Below are positions 8,417-16,753 of a DNA stretch of 64,000 nucleotides, piece by piece. Positions within the stretch are counted from its first letter, which is position 1. Each line of letters opens with the position of its first letter. The notes beneath the pieces were generated by a model that worked only from the letters and a program-made list of their open reading frames with translations, searched no databases and was not told the origin of the DNA. A program made the position numbers and the translations under genes. The DNA is from a virus (taxonomy: Duplodnaviria; Heunggongvirae; Uroviricota; Caudoviricetes). Where the stretch lies: positions 128,738-192,737 of the IMG/VR virus record IMGVR_UViG_3300047388_000185; one strand, given 5' to 3'.

Positions 8417-9225
8417 ACCGTCACGACTTCGAACTCCTCGGGGACAAGCACAAGCGCTATGAAGCCCGGGAAGACTCGACCATCATGCCAGGCATCCCCG
8501 TCCTGGTTCGTTTGGACGGCCGAGCCTTTCACACGTTCACGCGTGGGCTGGAGCGTCCGTTTGACAAGAACTTCACCGACTGCATGGTTGAAGCGACGAA
8601 GGCTCTCGTCAAAGAGATGCATGCAAATGTCGGCTACACGCAGTCAGACGAGATCACGCTTGGCTACCTGAACCCGGACCCAGCTGTCGAAATGATGTTC
8701 GCCGGCCGCGTTCAGAAGATTGTTTCGATCCACGCAGCCTATGCATCAGTGAGGTTCAACAAGCTCGTTGAAAAGCTTCTACCGGAAAAGGCAGCATTTC
8801 ACCCTATCTTCGATGCCCGAGTCTACGCCTATCCTAATTGGGACTTGGCTGCCGAGTCCTTCCTTTGGAGAGAAACCGATGCCACCAGAAATTCCCTGGC
8901 CATGGCCGCCCAAGCGCACTTCTCGCAGAAAGAGCTCGAAGGCAAAGGGCGATCCGCCATGCACGAAATGCTCTTCCAAAAAGGGATCAACTGGAACGAC
9001 TACCCGACGTTCTTCAAAAAAGGGACGTACGTAAGGCGTGGAGTTGAGGCAAGGCTTCTCACAGAAGAAGAACTTCTTCGAATTCCAGTAGATCGTCGGC
9101 CGACTGGACCTGTCACACGCGGCATCATGGTCACGACGGATATCCCTCCGGCTGAACGAATCCTCAACTTGGCGCCTGTGCTGTTTAATGGCGCCACTCC
9201 AATCACTGAACAACCCAAGGAATGA
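8413..9225 (+). CDS. Thg1-like protein (tRNA-His guanylyltransferase family, 3'-5' nucleotidyltransferase)
   Basis: N-terminus ...KRYEAREDSTIMPGIPVLVRLDGRAFHTFTRGLERPFDKNF matches the Thg1 catalytic-core signature (VVRIDGRxFHxF...KPFD). Confidence 0.65.
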   Translation: MNRHDFELLGDKHKRYEAREDSTIMPGIPVLVRLDGRAFHTFTRGLERPFDKNFTDCMVEATKALVKEMHANVGYTQSDEITLGYLNPDPAVEMMFAGRVQKIVSIHAAYASVRFNKLVEKLLPEKAAFHPIFDARVYAYPNWDLAAESFLWRETDATRNSLAMAAQAHFSQKELEGKGRSAMHEMLFQKGINWNDYPTFFKKGTYVRRGVEARLLTEEELLRIPVDRRPTGPVTRGIMVTTDIPPAERILNLAPVLFNGATPITEQPKE

Positions 9226-9938
9226 ATATGCAACACTTCGGACATGGCGAACGCGCCGGTTGGACCTTCACGTACACGGCTGGGCAACTGGCGTATGGCG
9301 CACAAAAGCAGAAGGACTACCGAGAAGACCGGTCTCGCCTCTGGTCCGCGACTCAGGAAAAGGTCATGGCTGAAATCCGAGCTTCTGGGATCGAAATCAC
9401 CCAGGATGTCATGACCCAGCTCCAGATTTCGGCAACGTACACCAAGTCTGGCGGAATGAATCGCGGTCCGACGGTGAGCATCAACCAGGACTTGGCTGAC
9501 AAGTTTGCCCAGTGCGTGGCCAAGGTCAAGGAGCACAAGGACCTGGCTGAGCAGTACGAGGGTTGGATCCAAACCTTGTCGGCCCAGTCGGAGAAGGAGC
9601 TGGAAGTCACGCAACAAGATTTCTTGTTCTTCTTCTTCAATGTCAAGGACATTCCCGGTGTTGTTTCGAAGACTGTCCTGACCCCGGCTGTGGCTACGCA
9701 AACCCTTGCATCTATGCCTCAAGTCCAGATCACCTCCACCAAGCCCGCAAAGGCTCAGTTGATTCCGCCGATCAACCCGTTGTCGCCAATGACCGCTCCG
9801 CCACTCAAACCCAAGGCTGGAGAAGTCCCGATGGCAACCGTTCCCTCTCTGGGTCCGGCCGCTGCGAACGTCTTCGTCCCGCCGGACTTCGACGATGACT
9901 TGGGTGGCAACCCGGGTAACGACTGGCCCCAGGATTGA
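9222..9938 (+). CDS. hypothetical protein with Pro-rich C-terminus
   Basis: 238-aa ORF coupled by ATGA overlap. Confidence 0.45.
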   Translation: MNMQHFGHGERAGWTFTYTAGQLAYGAQKQKDYREDRSRLWSATQEKVMAEIRASGIEITQDVMTQLQISATYTKSGGMNRGPTVSINQDLADKFAQCVAKVKEHKDLAEQYEGWIQTLSAQSEKELEVTQQDFLFFFFNVKDIPGVVSKTVLTPAVATQTLASMPQVQITSTKPAKAQLIPPINPLSPMTAPPLKPKAGEVPMATVPSLGPAAANVFVPPDFDDDLGGNPGNDWPQD

Positions 9939-9979
9939 TTTCGAAAACCAGCCCTACAGTTCAATAATACTGTAATTGT

Positions 9980-9988
9980 TGGTATAAG
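9980..9988 (+). promoter_or_regulatory. TGGTATAAG promoter-like motif, copy 4
   Basis: precedes the ORF-free tRNA-like region at 10000-10320; upstream palindrome TACAGT..ACTGTA. Confidence 0.45.
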
Positions 9989-10099
9989 GAATTGTAAGAC
10001 AGAATATGCCCTGAAAGCTCTGACGGTCCTGTGGCTCAAAGCAGGCGAACGTTGAATACCTCAGTGGATGTCCGGACTGAAGCTGAGGTATTTGACATC

Positions 10100-10159
10100 A
10101 TTCGAGAGCAGCGCAAAGATAAAGCGTATGCGGTGGTTCGAATCCACCTCGGGGCGCCA
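10100..10159 (+). ncRNA. tRNA-like 3' element: T-arm GGTGG-TTCGAAT-CCACC plus acceptor 3' strand plus CCA; no matching 5' half found
   Basis: canonical T-loop and ...TCGGGGCGCCA; no complementary 5' acceptor within 90 nt upstream. Confidence 0.3.
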
Positions 10160-10229
10160 TAAATCGCTAGGGACAAAACAACCTGACTGCCCGTGTCGAG
10201 TCGGGCCGATCCATTTTCTCCTTCTTTTT

Positions 10230-10309
10230 GGTTGTGTAAGCTCAGGGGCAGAGCTCGACAATGCCGGCTGTACAAAATCGGTGCGATGGTTCTAGTCCAT
10301 CCACATCCA
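10230..10309 (+). ncRNA. atypical tRNA-like element
   Basis: acceptor GGTTGTG/CACATCC with a 3:70 T.T mismatch; D-arm AGCT-CAGGGGCAG-AGCT; T-arm GATGG-TTCTAGT-CCATC; anticodon arm could not be folded canonically. Confidence 0.3.
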
Positions 10310-10599
10310 TCAGTTTCTTTTTGGTTTTCGACCTTACTGGAAAACCAGTTTTATACCAATCGATCATTCCTCTTTTCGAGGTTGTTCTTTTTCGTTGTTG
10401 TGACTTCAGTGTCGCGTATGCAACTCCCCTGTGCATTCATATAGCCAACGCTTTCAGCGTAACGCCACGGATGTGGTAGGCCTAATGAATAGGGTTTGAG
10501 ATCGGTTGGTTTTCCAGTGCGGTTTTCGCGCTACAGCAGTTCTGGTGAACTTAAGTAACTCCAGCTTGTTGTTAATGTTTCTTTAGCTAAAGGTATAAA

Positions 10600-11409
10600 A
10601 TGAGTCTGCAAAACAAGTTCATGAATCGCATGTTCCGTCGGATCTCGGGCGTGGTCATCGATGCTCTGTCGGGCAAGGTCGGCATCAAGACGGACGACGG
10701 CGTGTTCACCTGCGAACTCACCGGTTCGGGAGCCACGCTCTCGCACGAAATCTCGGTCAACATCCTCGACGGCCTGAGCTTCAACGTTCCGGGCTTCGCC
10801 AGCCAAGTCGAATTCGACAAGGTCAAGGCGGGTGACCTGGTCGTCAATGACAAGGGCATCGGCGGCTGGGTTGTGGGCAAGACGGCCAAGGCACTGAAGC
10901 TGGCCGACCACACCGGCTCGGTCAAGACTTATCAACCGCCGAAGGTCACCATCATGGGTGGCGCTGGTCCGAGCGGCGTGCTGGTCGTCCAGACCCTGTT
11001 CTCCCTGACGGGCTCGGCTGAAGGCGCTGCTGGCATCGGCCAAATGCTCCCGATGTTGATGCTTCTGGGTGACGGCAATGATTCGAAGCTGGATTCGATT
11101 CTGCCTCTGATCCTGATGCAAGGCGCAACCGGTGGCGCTGCCGCTGGTGGCCTGCAAAGCATCCTGCCTTTCCTTCTGATGAAGGACGGCGGTCTGGGTG
11201 GCGGCAACAGCAAGCTGGACAAGCTCCTGCCCCTGCTGGCCATGGGTGGCCTGGGCGGCGCTGGCGCGGCTGGCGGCGCGATGAATCCGATGCTGCTGAT
11301 GGCCCTGATGGGTGATGGCGACATCTTCGGTGGTTCGTCGGCTGCCAAGGTGGCTCCGGCCCTCCAACGCAACGGTGCTCCTCAGCTCCGGAACGTCGGC
11401 AGCTGGTAA
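10600..11409 (+). CDS. Gly/Leu-rich repeat protein
   Basis: repeats ILPLILMQG, ILPFLLMKDG, LLPLLAMGG, MLLMALMGDGD; high-GC segment. Confidence 0.5.
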   Translation: MSLQNKFMNRMFRRISGVVIDALSGKVGIKTDDGVFTCELTGSGATLSHEISVNILDGLSFNVPGFASQVEFDKVKAGDLVVNDKGIGGWVVGKTAKALKLADHTGSVKTYQPPKVTIMGGAGPSGVLVVQTLFSLTGSAEGAAGIGQMLPMLMLLGDGNDSKLDSILPLILMQGATGGAAAGGLQSILPFLLMKDGGLGGGNSKLDKLLPLLAMGGLGGAGAAGGAMNPMLLMALMGDGDIFGGSSAAKVAPALQRNGAPQLRNVGSW

Positions 11410-11510
11410 GTCAAATCCAGTCGGGAGACTGGTTGAGTGAGTGAAACTGGGACTGGCTTCGACTGGTCCCAGTTTTCCTTTTGCTTCTCTTTTTATATTT
11501 GGATAATACA

Positions 11511-12146
11511 ATGTCAATCTTTGACGCACTCTTCGGCCGGAAAACTCCCGAACTGAAAACGATCCCGCAATGGGAAGACACAGCTCCTCCGGTTCTAGAA
11601 ATTCATCCGGACGCGAATTTCGAGCCCGTCGCCCTAGCCGCAGCTTGGCCGTTCCCGAGCGCCGCATCTCATCCTGAGCCGATCGTTGAAACGGAAACCA
11701 AGCCCCTCGTCGTCAACACTGCCAAGCTGGCCCAGCACCATGCTGCCCTTGCAGAAGAACGCAAAGCCCTCAAGCAATACCTGAAGGAAATCGTTCAATC
11801 GGCTTCGGAGCACGGCATCGAGTTCGTCCATGTCGGAACGACGACCTTTGCCTGGCGCTATGCAACTTCGGCCGAAGAAGGCTACGTTCGCAACAAGCGC
11901 GTCATCCACATCTCGACGGCTGTCTGCAATCCCGCAGATCAGTTCGCCAAGTGGCACGGTAGTGCTATCGCTGCGGAGAACATGCTAGATGGCAAGTTCA
12001 TCACATTGCGGATCGATTCGGGGTATAAGAGCCCACGGGATGCGATCAATACGATGGGCTTGGTGACCTGGACGTCCGAGCAAATGCACGAGGCGTTGGA
12101 TCAAATTGCCGCGAAAAAGGCCGAACTTTCTAAAGGATGGAACTAA
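11511..12146 (+). CDS. hypothetical protein
   Basis: ATG 11511; upstream extension is less likely. Confidence 0.45.
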   Translation: MSIFDALFGRKTPELKTIPQWEDTAPPVLEIHPDANFEPVALAAAWPFPSAASHPEPIVETETKPLVVNTAKLAQHHAALAEERKALKQYLKEIVQSASEHGIEFVHVGTTTFAWRYATSAEEGYVRNKRVIHISTAVCNPADQFAKWHGSAIAAENMLDGKFITLRIDSGYKSPRDAINTMGLVTWTSEQMHEALDQIAAKKAELSKGWN

Positions 12147-12148
12147 TC

Positions 12149-12871
12149 ATGGCAAAACAGGCATCATGTCCCAAGCCAAGAGTCCCGACGCTCTACAAAG
12201 TCTTGTTCGACGGCAAGTCGTGCAACGGGGGGAGCTACGAGTGGGACACGTCAGGCGGAGTCAATCTGCTTCCAGCGAATCAGCGCCAGCTACCCCTGAA
12301 ACATTGCAGCGTCGGATTTCACCTGACCACGGACTGGAAGCGTTGGTATAAGTTCGGTCGGGACGTCTACCGAGCTACGGTTCCGGGCGACGAAATCTTG
12401 GTTAAACGAGATGGGAGCGTCCGCTGTGAGGACAAGGTCGTTGTCAGGTCCTGCCGACTATTCGACAAGAACGCCGATCCTCAAGTCCGCCTGTTGAATC
12501 AGTTCTACGACGACGCAATTCTGGTTCGTGACGGCTTCGAGGCAGCACGTCGTCGTCGGAAAGAGAAGACGGCTCCGAGGGGGACGGTGCTTCTGCCAGC
12601 CAATGGACATACCGGAGGTCTCTTCTCGCTGAAGGCATTTGGGTCCAGTTGGTATGTCCAGTCCCGGCTGCACGCCAGCGAGGAGCATTTCGGTGAGTAC
12701 TACTATCGATTCCGAGGCACCATCTATTTCATCTGCACCGCCCTAATTAAGTCCGAAGAAGGCACGATGACGGAAGCCGAGAAGAAGTCGGTCCACGACG
12801 TGTGGAACCTATGGAAGGCTGGTTGGATCGTGCACGGAACGAATAAAGCCGGGAAGTACGTCGTTTCTTGA
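12149..12871 (+). CDS. hypothetical protein
   Basis: AAGGA RBS before ATG 12149. Confidence 0.45.
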   Translation: MAKQASCPKPRVPTLYKVLFDGKSCNGGSYEWDTSGGVNLLPANQRQLPLKHCSVGFHLTTDWKRWYKFGRDVYRATVPGDEILVKRDGSVRCEDKVVVRSCRLFDKNADPQVRLLNQFYDDAILVRDGFEAARRRRKEKTAPRGTVLLPANGHTGGLFSLKAFGSSWYVQSRLHASEEHFGEYYYRFRGTIYFICTALIKSEEGTMTEAEKKSVHDVWNLWKAGWIVHGTNKAGKYVVS

Positions 12872-12890
12872 CGTGACCGGGGAAACCCGG

Positions 12891-12897
12891 TTATAAT
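12891..12897 (+). promoter_or_regulatory. TTATAAT -10-like element (variant of the TGGTATAAG motif) upstream of tRNA-Thr
   Basis: GGTTATAAT sits 28 nt before the tRNA 5' end and is preceded by the hairpin CCGGGGAAACCCGG. Confidence 0.35.
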
Positions 12898-12925
12898 CAA
12901 TCTTTTCGGGGCGAAAGCTTCGTAT

Positions 12926-12996
12926 GCCCTCTTAGTTCAGTGACAGAACAATTGCCTTGTAAGCAAAAAACGGGAGTTTGATTCTCTCAGGGGGCA
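12926..12996 (+). tRNA. tRNA-Thr (anticodon TGT)
   Basis: acceptor GCCCTCT/AGGGGGC; D-arm GTTC-AGTGACA-GAAC; anticodon loop CTTGTAA; T-arm GGGAG-TTTGATT-CTCTC; CCA encoded. Confidence 0.7.
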
Positions 12997-13013
12997 CCAT
13001 TTAAAGGACTTTC

Positions 13014-13466
13014 ATGACGAAAGTTGAAGAGAAGAAGGAAGAGTTCAAGCCAATTCCCAACGGCGCAATCTACGTCTTCGGATCCAACGAAAGTGGCATT
13101 CATGGGTCGGGAACGGCCCGTACTGCCAGGGAAGACTACGGTGCCATCATGGGCAACGGCTGGGGACTTCAGGGCAAGAGCTTTGCCATCCCCACGAAGG
13201 ACTGGGATATCAACACGCTAACCTACGGCGCTGTTGAATTCTACGTAGAACGTTTTATTGCCTTTGCACTTTCTAGGCCAAAAATGACGTTCTACGTCAC
13301 GAAGATTGGGTGCGGGCTTGCTGGATTAAATGAAGAAATAATCAAGCGGATGTTCATAGGTGCTCCTGAGAATTGCATTCTCCCGTACGGTTGGGAGCCC
13401 CCGGAATCGAAAGGTTACACTCATGGTCCAGCCCGCCCTCCTGCTGGACGGGCAATGACGAAATGA
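13014..13466 (+). CDS. conserved Gly-rich protein (motif FGSNESGIHGSGTA...GNGWGLQGKSFAIPTK), function unknown
   Basis: distinctive Gly-rich motif; Rossmann-like fold suspected but family not named. Confidence 0.45.
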   Translation: MTKVEEKKEEFKPIPNGAIYVFGSNESGIHGSGTARTAREDYGAIMGNGWGLQGKSFAIPTKDWDINTLTYGAVEFYVERFIAFALSRPKMTFYVTKIGCGLAGLNEEIIKRMFIGAPENCILPYGWEPPESKGYTHGPARPPAGRAMTK

Positions 13467-13568
13467 CAATTGAAACCCACACCATCAAGTCCTGGACCAT
13501 GTTCTTCGGAGATATGCAGTGCTAAGCATCCGACTAATTCCCGAGCACGAACAGTCTGGGTTTTGATT

Positions 13569-13590
13569 AGAGGCTTTGGCCTCTTTTTTA
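13569..13590 (+). terminator. rho-independent terminator
   Basis: hairpin AGAGGC-TTTG-GCCTCT followed by TTTTTT. Confidence 0.6.
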
Positions 13591-13612
13591 GATTACAAGA
13601 AATGAGAATACA

Positions 13613-14053
13613 ATGCATAAAATTGCAATTATAAAGATAACTGAAACGAACCGATACGATACGGAGGGTGTAAATAGAGACTCCAAAATCATCGAGAGCA
13701 TTACGGAATGGACCGAAGTTTCTAACGAAGAAATGGCCGCGCTTCGTCACTTTGAATCCCTGCGACGCTATACAAATGATAAGTTCATCCTACTTGAACA
13801 ACCAACTAACGTTAAAGAATTTGTCGCCAATACGGTATCAAGTTATGTAAAGGCCGCCCAAGAAGCCAAAAAGAAGGCTGATATCGTTGCAGCCAAAGCC
13901 AAGAAGGAAGCGGCTGATAGAGCTGTAAAAGCTAAGGAAAAGGCGGAGGCCAAGGAACGAGATCAACTCAAGAAGCTACTGGTTAAGCATGGATCAAGTA
14001 TTGGACTAACAGCGCCTATGGTCGAAGCCTCCGATAAGTCAACAAAAGCTTGA
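13613..14053 (+). CDS. Lys/Ala-rich coiled-coil protein
   Basis: AT-rich ORF with the AKKKADIVAAKAKKEAADRAVKAKEKAEAKERD segment. Confidence 0.45.
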   Translation: MHKIAIIKITETNRYDTEGVNRDSKIIESITEWTEVSNEEMAALRHFESLRRYTNDKFILLEQPTNVKEFVANTVSSYVKAAQEAKKKADIVAAKAKKEAADRAVKAKEKAEAKERDQLKKLLVKHGSSIGLTAPMVEASDKSTKA

Positions 14054-14058
14054 ATAAT

Positions 14059-14067
14059 TGGTATAAG
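14059..14067 (+). promoter_or_regulatory. TGGTATAAG promoter-like motif, copy 5
   Basis: 25 nt upstream of the transglycosylase start. Confidence 0.5.
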
Positions 14068-14091
14068 ATAGTACGGAAAGGATTCGCACGC

Positions 14092-14733
14092 ATGCTTAAA
14101 TATCTAACGTTCCTACCCCTCCTACTCGTCTTCTTATTCAAGCCCGTCTTGACTCAGGAACCCGAGACTCCTCAATACATGGCTATCGAAGCCTTTAAAG
14201 ATGCTCGTGTCGCAGCTGCAAAGGAAGCGCAAGCTAAAGCCCAAGTCGAAGCCCGTAAAAAGGCCATTGCTAACCTCGTCACCTATTTGGAGCGAAAATG
14301 GAAACAACCTCGAAACGAAATCTGGGAAACGGTAACGGCAAGCTTCGCCTTAACCACGAAAAGTTCGGCCTCCCGATCGCAGCAGGATTGGCCGCAGCCG
14401 CTGGATATCTTGGCGGTGGTCCAAGTGGAGTCGGGATTCAATCGACAAGCCCGGGACTCTCAGAGTGGCTCAGTGGGTCTGATGCAGATCAACACGGACG
14501 ATCATCACATCAGCATCGAGAAGTTGACCAAGCCTGCTACATCGATCTCGTATGGCTTGGCTCTGCTGTACAAATATCGTCGGGAAATGCAAAGTGAGAG
14601 CAGGGCTTTGGTGGCATACAACCAAGGTCCTATCTCAGCTCAAGCGACGTGCGGCAAACGCAAGCATTGCGAAACGCCGTATACCCTTCGTGTCGCTCTT
14701 GCCAAACAAGAGTTGACCCGTCACTTTCAATAG
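14092..14733 (+). CDS. lytic transglycosylase (SLT domain) with N-terminal hydrophobic anchor/signal
   Basis: SLT motif VVQVESGFNRQARDSQSGSVGLMQI; N-terminal LKYLTFLPLLLVFLF; AAGGA RBS before ATG 14092. Confidence 0.7.
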   Translation: MLKYLTFLPLLLVFLFKPVLTQEPETPQYMAIEAFKDARVAAAKEAQAKAQVEARKKAIANLVTYLERKWKQPRNEIWETVTASFALTTKSSASRSQQDWPQPLDILAVVQVESGFNRQARDSQSGSVGLMQINTDDHHISIEKLTKPATSISYGLALLYKYRREMQSESRALVAYNQGPISAQATCGKRKHCETPYTLRVALAKQELTRHFQ

Positions 14734-14751
14734 ACATCGAAAGGATGTACA

Positions 14752-14898
14752 ATGGGAACCATCGTTAAAATCCTCGTCGTCGGTGTCTTCGCAGTTTGGA
14801 AGCTCTTCGAGGCACAGACGAACGCAAGAAACTCTTGGGGCAATTTCCTCTTCAAGGGGAAGAAACCCTGGCCGTACAAAGACGGTGAAAAGTGGTAA
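14752..14898 (+). CDS. 49-aa single-TM protein (holin-like candidate)
   Basis: AAGGA RBS; MGTIVKILVVGVFAVWKLF followed by a charged tail; directly downstream of the transglycosylase; shorter than the ORF-track cutoff. Confidence 0.3.
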   Translation: MGTIVKILVVGVFAVWKLFEAQTNARNSWGNFLFKGKKPWPYKDGEKW

Positions 14899-14911
14899 AT
14901 AATAATAACGA

Positions 14912-15202
14912 ATGAAACACTCCGCCATTCTTCAGACACAAAACCACGCAATTGTAGCAGCAAACGCACTACCTGGAAATCCTGCTTTGGCAGCCTCCGC
15001 TGTAATGATCCAGGACGTCAGCTTCAGTGACGCCTGTCGGATCTCAGCTGAGGTTGCTCGACACGGGCTTCCTGCTTTAGTATGGGAACCGTCCATTACT
15101 GTCCCAGCTGAACCAGGTCCTCCCGTGCAGACGCAACAAGCTACAACTCCGGAAGTCCCCGCCTCCACTGAACCTCCACCTGAACCCGAACAGCCGGCTT
15201 AA
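14912..15202 (+). CDS. hypothetical Pro-rich protein
   Basis: 96-aa ORF. Confidence 0.4.
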   Translation: MKHSAILQTQNHAIVAANALPGNPALAASAVMIQDVSFSDACRISAEVARHGLPALVWEPSITVPAEPGPPVQTQQATTPEVPASTEPPPEPEQPA

Positions 15203-15218
15203 ACAATCGGCCAATTCC

Positions 15219-15227
15219 TGGTATAAG
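15219..15227 (+). promoter_or_regulatory. TGGTATAAG promoter-like motif, copy 6
   Basis: intergenic, 58 nt upstream of the 15285 ORF. Confidence 0.5.
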
Positions 15228-15284
15228 AGTGTACGGATACACCTTTTTCTTTTTCAACAATAACTATAAGGGAGTTGAACAACG

Positions 15285-15977
15285 ATGTTCAACATTTCAC
15301 CAAAGATTATCGAGACGCTGTTCGAGATTTACCCAGATCCGACCGAAGCTGATTTCGACGAAATTGCTACGAAGTGCATCGTTCAGTTGCAAGCCAACAT
15401 TGCGACTCTGAACAGCTTCCTCTTTTCAACGAGGGGTAAGAAGATCACAGATAAACGTCGTGAGATCACGACGGAGTTGATCGCCAACATGTTGTTTTAC
15501 GCGGCCATTCTCATTCATCTGAATGATCTGCCGCCAGATGCGTTCAGCATGGATGAAGATGCCGAGGAAAACGGTGTTGTGGAAATGGTCAGTATGTTCG
15601 ACGAGGCGTATTTCCATTCGCCTCTATTGCTCGGTAATCACCTGATGGGTATCTGTGCAGATATCGGTGAGTACATGTGGTCGGATAAGTTCAATTCAGA
15701 TGAAGGCGAGCCTGCTGCAGAAACTACAGTCGCCGCCACGTCCAAGACCACTGAAATCCCAGAAGAACCTGGGTATAGTAACTTTATGACCAATTTGCTG
15801 GAAGGCATGCAGCCGGACCTGGCAGAGGAAGACGATACGTTCTTCCCGTGGGATGATGACAATGACGCCGAGCCTATGCTGGCTCGGTTCCTGGCGGGAC
15901 TAATGATTCTAGCCAATTTGTGTGATATTGATCTGGGCGTGTGCATGTATAATGCCTCGCAGCAGACGGAGATTTAA
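15285..15977 (+). CDS. acidic hypothetical protein
   Basis: 230-aa ORF rich in Asp/Glu. Confidence 0.5.
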   Translation: MFNISPKIIETLFEIYPDPTEADFDEIATKCIVQLQANIATLNSFLFSTRGKKITDKRREITTELIANMLFYAAILIHLNDLPPDAFSMDEDAEENGVVEMVSMFDEAYFHSPLLLGNHLMGICADIGEYMWSDKFNSDEGEPAAETTVAATSKTTEIPEEPGYSNFMTNLLEGMQPDLAEEDDTFFPWDDDNDAEPMLARFLAGLMILANLCDIDLGVCMYNASQQTEI

Positions 15978-16427
15978 GTGTTTATCAAGATTAAGAAGCT
16001 GCACAAAGACGCAGTGATTCCCGCGTACAAGACAGATGGGGCAGGAGCCTTTGACATCCATTCCTTGGGAGAAGGGGTCCTGCACCCCGGAGATACCTAT
16101 ACATTCTGTACAGGATTGGCTTTCGAAATTCCGCCCGGATTTGCGCTCATGATTTATTCCCGCAGCGGGCATGGCTTTGGACCTGAGGTCAAACTGGTCA
16201 ACGGAACGGGAATAATCGATTCGGACTACCGAGGTGAAGTTATGATCAAGTTGGAGAGATTCCGAAATAGGATCTCAACTTCGGATGACGCCCCATTCAA
16301 AGTCAGTGTCGGAGATCGCATTGCTCAGGGAATCATCCTCCCCGTCCCCCGTGTTTCGTTCATCGAAACCGAAGAGCTCTCTGAGACTGTCCGTGGTACT
16401 GGCGGCTTCGGATCCACTGGAGCATAA
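15978..16427 (+). CDS. dut: dUTP diphosphatase (dUTPase)
   Basis: motifs AGAFDIHS, RSG, GIIDSDYRGEVMIKL, C-terminal RGTGGFGSTG. Confidence 0.85.
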   Translation: MFIKIKKLHKDAVIPAYKTDGAGAFDIHSLGEGVLHPGDTYTFCTGLAFEIPPGFALMIYSRSGHGFGPEVKLVNGTGIIDSDYRGEVMIKLERFRNRISTSDDAPFKVSVGDRIAQGIILPVPRVSFIETEELSETVRGTGGFGSTGA

Positions 16428-16429
16428 CC

Positions 16430-16708
16430 ATGACTCTAAAAACCTATCGCGTCGAACTCACGGGCGACGACGTCCAGCCCATCACCGTACCCAACGGTGC
16501 TCAATTTCTCTATGCTGTGCGGTGGCCCGGCATGTTCGTAGAGATGTACTTCCTCGGTGACGAAGTCGCTGATGCCACGACTATGGTCATCGAACAAGTC
16601 ATCGGTGAAAAGAAGCTAAAAGAAGAGTCCGTACGTTATGTCGGCTCAGCTCAGGGAATTTGGGAATCCAGATTCACTGTGACACACCTGTTTGAAGTTT
16701 TCCCTTAA
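16430..16708 (+). CDS. hypothetical protein
   Basis: 92-aa ORF immediately after dut. Confidence 0.45.
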   Translation: MTLKTYRVELTGDDVQPITVPNGAQFLYAVRWPGMFVEMYFLGDEVADATTMVIEQVIGEKKLKEESVRYVGSAQGIWESRFTVTHLFEVFP

Positions 16709-16753
16709 ACAATCCAGGCTGCGCTACGCAGCCATTTTCTTCTTGGAGTTTTC

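Noticed and set aside
10531-11667. 378-aa minus-strand ORF
   Set aside because: It overlaps the whole + strand Gly/Leu repeat gene in a high-GC segment where long spurious antisense ORFs are expected. It has no RBS and no recognisable domains. Every other gene in the region is on the + strand.
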